Positions 60,046 to 64,000 of a DNA stretch of 64,000 nt are shown piece after piece (the first letter of the stretch is position 1; every line of letters begins with the position of its first letter). The stretch covers positions 47,782 to 111,781 of the forward strand of contig CACNND010000003.1 of assembly GCA_902621725.1 (NCBI GenBank), written 5' to 3'. The stretch is from an uncultured Alphaproteobacteria bacterium (GTDB lineage: Bacteria; Pseudomonadota; Alphaproteobacteria; HIMB59; GCA-002718135). A program made the position numbers and the translations under genes. The notes beneath the pieces were generated by a model, which was given only the letters and a program-made list of their open reading frames with translations, made no database searches and was not told the DNA's origin.

Positions 60046-60545
60046 CGAAGTTCTTCAGGTTTCATTGTTTCATATACCTCATAAGGCATATGTATCCATG
60101 GAGAATCTTTTAAGTAATCTACATAATAATCAGGTTTAAATGAAGAAACGGCCTTATAAAATAATACGCCAGTTCTAATAGGTTCCTCAATATAAAAACC
60201 ATAAGTATGGTTTAACCAATCAATGCTTTTTTTTAAGGTAATACCAGAGTCAGCTAAATCATCAACTATTAATACTTTAGAGCCAATATTTGGGCTAGTT
60301 TTTGCTAAATCTCGTGAGAAAGTAATAGCACCCCTTTTGTTTTTTACTCCTTCACCTTTATAAGACTCTACTGATAGGATTGCTAAAGGCACATCAAATA
60401 TTCTTGCCATTACATCACCTACTCTCATACCACCTTTTGCAATACATACTACCTGATTAAATTCCCATCCATCTTTATGAATTTGTTTAGCTAAGTTTTC
60501 TGTTTTACTTCTATACTCATCCCAACTAATGTGTAGATCAGACAT
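60042..60545 (-). CDS. Purine phosphoribosyltransferase (Gpt/Hpt-like)
   Basis: ISWDEY, IAKGG, VLIVDDLADSGITL PRPP motif, PDYY, WIHMPYE. Confidence 0.85.
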   Translation of the reverse strand: MSDLHISWDEYRSKTENLAKQIHKDGWEFNQVVCIAKGGMRVGDVMARIFDVPLAILSVESYKGEGVKNKRGAITFSRDLAKTSPNIGSKVLIVDDLADSGITLKKSIDWLNHTYGFYIEEPIRTGVLFYKAVSSFKPDYYVDYLKDSPWIHMPYEVYETMKPEELR

Positions 60546-60579
60546 AAATATTCCCTATTCCTTTTGAAATTAGATTTCA

Positions 60580-60607
60580 TACCTCTCTCTTAGAGTAGAG
60601 AGAGGTA
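60580..60607 (-). terminator. Perfect 11-bp stem-loop downstream of the BMP gene (terminator or mRNA-stabilising hairpin)
   Basis: TACCTCTCTCT-TAGAGT-AGAGAGAGGTA; no long U-tract follows on the minus strand. Confidence 0.6.
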
Positions 60608-60619
60608 AATTTGATTTAA

Positions 60620-61687
60620 TTATTGTGGTACTTCCCCATCAATACCTTGAACATAAAAGTTCATTCCAAGTAACATTCCATCAGGTGCTACTTCACCTTC
60701 AGGAACCACAAGCTCACCAGCTTGATTGTAAATTGGACCTGTGAAAGGATGGATAGTTCCATCTTTAATTCCAACTTCCATATTTACAGCTTCTTGAATT
60801 AAACTTGCTGGCATAAGTTTAGTATTATATGGTGACATTACAACCATACCTTTATCCATACCATCCCAAGTATCACCTGAAGACCAAGTACCATCCACAA
60901 CAGCTTTTGCTCTTTCAGCATAGTAAGGGCCCCAGATATCTTCAATTGAAGTTAAGTGTGCATCAGGACAAAATTCCTCTTGGTTTGAAGCTTGACCAAA
61001 TGCATAAACACCTGCTTTTTGAGCGGCTTGGCAAGGAGCATATGTATCTGTATGCTGAACAATTATGTCAGCTCCTTGATTAATCAATGTATTAGCTGCA
61101 TCAGCTTCTTTACCTGGGTCATACCAAGTAAATACCCAAATAATTTTCATTTTGATATCTGGATTTACTTTAGATGCCGCTAGATAAAATGCATTAATTC
61201 CTCTTACAACTTCTGGAATAGGGAATGAAGCTATATAACCAATAGTATTAGTTTCAGTCATATGACCAGCAATATGACCTTCAATCATTCTACCTTCGTA
61301 AAATCTAGCTGAATACGTAGCAACGTTATCTGCTTGGATATACCCAGTAGCATGTTCAAATTTTATGTCAGGAAAATCCTTAGCTACTTCATGTGTCTGA
61401 TCCATATAATTGAAAGACGTTGTAAATATTAAATCATGTCCTGAGTCTGCTAGTTTCCGGATTGCTCTCACTGCATCTGCATTTTCAGGAATATTTTCAA
61501 GATAAGTAGTAGTAATAGAGTCACCAAGTTGGCTCTCCATATATTTTCTACCTACATCATGCATATAAGTCCAACCATGATCACCTGGAGGACCTATGTA
61601 TATAAATCCAACTTTTTTAGGGTCTGCATATACTGAACCAAATGCAAATACCAAAAAAGTAGATAAAAAAGTTATTATTCTAATCAT
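60620..61687 (-). CDS. BMP family ABC transporter substrate-binding protein (purine/nucleoside)
   Basis: GFIYIGPPGDHGW, FTTSF, FEHATGY, PIPEVVRGINAF, WYDPGKE, QHTD. Confidence 0.92.
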   Translation of the reverse strand: MIRIITFLSTFLVFAFGSVYADPKKVGFIYIGPPGDHGWTYMHDVGRKYMESQLGDSITTTYLENIPENADAVRAIRKLADSGHDLIFTTSFNYMDQTHEVAKDFPDIKFEHATGYIQADNVATYSARFYEGRMIEGHIAGHMTETNTIGYIASFPIPEVVRGINAFYLAASKVNPDIKMKIIWVFTWYDPGKEADAANTLINQGADIIVQHTDTYAPCQAAQKAGVYAFGQASNQEEFCPDAHLTSIEDIWGPYYAERAKAVVDGTWSSGDTWDGMDKGMVVMSPYNTKLMPASLIQEAVNMEVGIKDGTIHPFTGPIYNQAGELVVPEGEVAPDGMLLGMNFYVQGIDGEVPQ

Positions 61688-61793
61688 TTTAACCTCACCT
61701 GCTAATATAACGATTACTCAATCACATACTTAATATATACAAATAGATTTGATCAATAATTGTATATGATTATAGAAAAAAAAAAGTGGATAT

Positions 61794-62663
61794 TTATCTG
61801 CCTTTGTAAAAAGGTATAGTTAACGAAGCTGGAGCACTAAGCTTTATTCTTAATTTATTACTAGAAATTAACACTAAAACTATAATAGTTGCAATATATG
61901 GAGCCATGCTGAAAAATTGGCCAGGGAATCTTAAACCTAAAGCCTGGAGATTCATTTGAAGAATAGTAACACCTCCGAATATATAGGCACCAATAAGCAC
62001 TCTTTCTGGTTTCCAAGTTGCAAATACAACTAAAGCTAACGCAATCCATCCACGTCCAGCTGTCATACCCTCTTGCCACATTGGAGCATAACAAATTGAA
62101 ATATATGATCCTGCAAGTGCGCACATAGAACCTCCAAATAAGATTGATAAAAATCTAATTTTAATAACGCTATATCCTAAAGCATGTGCAGAATTATGGG
62201 ATTCCCCTACTGCTCTTAAAATCAAACCAGCTTTAGTTTTATAAAAAAAATAACTAACCAAAAAAACAATTAAGAAAGAAAATATAACAAAAAACCATGG
62301 TGATAGACCATCAATTGGTGTTCCAATATATTGTTTGCCAAGCATCGAACTAAGACCTATTCCAAAAATGGTTAATGCTAATCCTGTTGCAATTTGATTT
62401 GACATTAAAAATAGAACTAAAAACGCAAATAAACCAGACATAATAATTCCTGATAATATAGATACAAAAAAAGCTAAAAAATAACTTCCTGTAATTACTA
62501 GGATAATAAAAGCGGACACTGCTCCTACCAACATCATTCCTTCTACACCTAAATTTAAAACACCAGATTTTTCTGTAACTAACTCACCTATACCAGCAAA
62601 AACAAGAGGTGTTGTTGCAATTAAAACAATTTGTAATATTCCAAGTATTAAATCTAAATTCAT
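61794..62663 (-). CDS. Nucleoside ABC transporter permease
   Basis: EKSGVLNLGVEG, LRAVGE, AGRGWIALALV, PYIATI. Confidence 0.92.
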   Translation of the reverse strand: MNLDLILGILQIVLIATTPLVFAGIGELVTEKSGVLNLGVEGMMLVGAVSAFIILVITGSYFLAFFVSILSGIIMSGLFAFLVLFLMSNQIATGLALTIFGIGLSSMLGKQYIGTPIDGLSPWFFVIFSFLIVFLVSYFFYKTKAGLILRAVGESHNSAHALGYSVIKIRFLSILFGGSMCALAGSYISICYAPMWQEGMTAGRGWIALALVVFATWKPERVLIGAYIFGGVTILQMNLQALGLRFPGQFFSMAPYIATIIVLVLISSNKLRIKLSAPASLTIPFYKGR

Positions 62664-63733
62664 AATAATTTTTTGTAAGTTAATTTATAGTTAATTAGTA
62701 ATTCTGCACCCAATAAATAAAATAAAACCAAACCCTGAAATATAAAACCTACCGCTGAAGGAATTTGTAAAAACAATTGTGCATCTTCAGCACCAAGATA
62801 AGTAAGAGCGATAACTAAAGAAGCAAAAATAATACCTATTGGGTGAAGTCTACCTAAAAAAGCAACAATAATTGCAGTAAATCCATAATTTGGAGAAATA
62901 TCTCTATACAATAATCCAATTGGGCCAGATACTTCAGCTAAACCTGCAATACCTGCAAAAGCGCCACAAATTGCAAAAGCAAAAAAAACTAAAGTTGTTT
63001 GATTAAAACCAGCATATCTAGCAGCTTTAGGACTGTAACCAGAAACTTTTAATTGAAAGCCAAAAATAGTTTTTGAAAATATAAACCAAGATACAAAAAT
63101 TAAAAATAGCGTTATAATTAGTCCAAAGTGCACCCTTAAACCATCAAATAATAGAGGCATTCTTCCAGATTCACTAAATGGTCTTGATTTAGGAAAACTA
63201 TAACCAAATGGATCTTTCCACGGCCCCACTACTAAATAATCTAAAATAAATAAAGCAACATAAACTAACATTAAACTTGTTAAAATTTCATTTGTATTAA
63301 ATTTTGTTTTTAAAATAGCAGGTATTAAACCCCATAATGCTCCTCCAATTGCTCCTGCAAAAATCATTAATGGCAACAACCAGAAAGCATTTGTATCATG
63401 AAATAATATTCCAATACCTCCACCAAAAATTGCACCCATGGTAAGTTGTCCTTCAGCTCCAATATTATAAATATTATTCTTAAAACAATATGAAAGACCA
63501 ATTGCAATTAAGGCTAAAGGAGTTGCTTTTACAAACAATTCAGAAATACCGTAGGTTGAAGAAATAGGTGAAATAAAAAATGTATACAATGCATAAACTG
63601 GATCAAAACCAAGAAGAACAAAAATAATTGAACCTGTAATTAAAGTTAAAACTATTGATATTATAGGAACAAAAAAATTCATTAAACCCGAACTCTGTGA
63701 GCGAGAAACTATTGATGGAAATAAACTATTCAT
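62660..63733 (-). CDS. Nucleoside ABC transporter permease
   Basis: NIGAEGQ, NEILTSLML, AARYAG, YGFTAIIVAFLGRLHP; start at ATG 63733 or GTG 63742. Confidence 0.92.
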   Translation of the reverse strand: MNSLFPSIVSRSQSSGLMNFFVPIISIVLTLITGSIIFVLLGFDPVYALYTFFISPISSTYGISELFVKATPLALIAIGLSYCFKNNIYNIGAEGQLTMGAIFGGGIGILFHDTNAFWLLPLMIFAGAIGGALWGLIPAILKTKFNTNEILTSLMLVYVALFILDYLVVGPWKDPFGYSFPKSRPFSESGRMPLLFDGLRVHFGLIITLFLIFVSWFIFSKTIFGFQLKVSGYSPKAARYAGFNQTTLVFFAFAICGAFAGIAGLAEVSGPIGLLYRDISPNYGFTAIIVAFLGRLHPIGIIFASLVIALTYLGAEDAQLFLQIPSAVGFIFQGLVLFYLLGAELLINYKLTYKKLL

Positions 63734-64000
63734 TTTTTCCACCCATCAATAATCCTAATTTTTCTATTTCTATTTCGCTAGTTTTAAAAGGTTTGGATAA
63801 ATTACCATCATAAATAACAGATATTTTATGAGTAATTTCAATTAACTCATCTAAATCTTGAGAAATAACAATTATAGACGTTCCATTTTGAGATAATTCT
63901 ATCAAAGACTCTCTTATAGAATGCTCAGCACCAGCATCTATCCCCCAAGTTGGATGTGAAATAATTAATATTTTTGGCTTAGATGATATTTCTCTACCAA
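63726..64000 (-). CDS. Nucleoside ABC transporter ATP-binding protein, C-terminal part
   Basis: Manual translation ..GREISSKPKILIISHPTWGIDAGA...IVISQDLDEL...LGLLMGGKNE*; not in the ORF track. Confidence 0.88.
   Translation of the reverse strand, partial: GREISSKPKILIISHPTWGIDAGAEHSIRESLIELSQNGTSIIVISQDLDELIEITHKISVIYDGNLSKPFKTSEIEIEKLGLLMGGKNE

Overview
A very AT-rich, gene-dense stretch of bacterial chromosome with tiny or overlapping intergenic regions. The gene order (mltB-rlpA-dacA-tmk-holB-metG; mfd-sdhE/recG; coaD-gyrA-ssb/uvrA; yajC-secD-secF) and the protein families point to a streamlined, probably marine, alphaproteobacterium (Pelagibacterales/HIMB59-like; this placement is inference). 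The first ~24 kb is core housekeeping and includes tRNA-Ser(TGA) and tRNA-Lys(TTT). The rest is metabolic. It holds: an omega-amine transaminase flanked by DMT transporters; an uncharacterised GTP/pterin-type biosynthetic cluster (RibA, RibD-like reductase, methyltransferase-like protein, glycosyltransferase, PTPS/QueD-like protein, Zn-ADH-like protein, creatininase-family hydrolase); mcl-mtkAB; a kinase-M23-aminotransferase triple fusion; a putative modified-nucleoside salvage cluster (PsuK-like, PsuG, nucleoside hydrolase, PHYHD1-like dioxygenase); a trpB2-DUF1015-serC-serA run centred on O-phosphoserine; an iodotyrosine-deiodinase-like nitroreductase; and a BMP-family nucleoside ABC transporter with a phosphoribosyltransferase. 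holB is frameshifted at an A9 run. No mobile elements, CRISPR arrays or rRNA were seen. All family calls come from motif recognition by eye; no database search was run.
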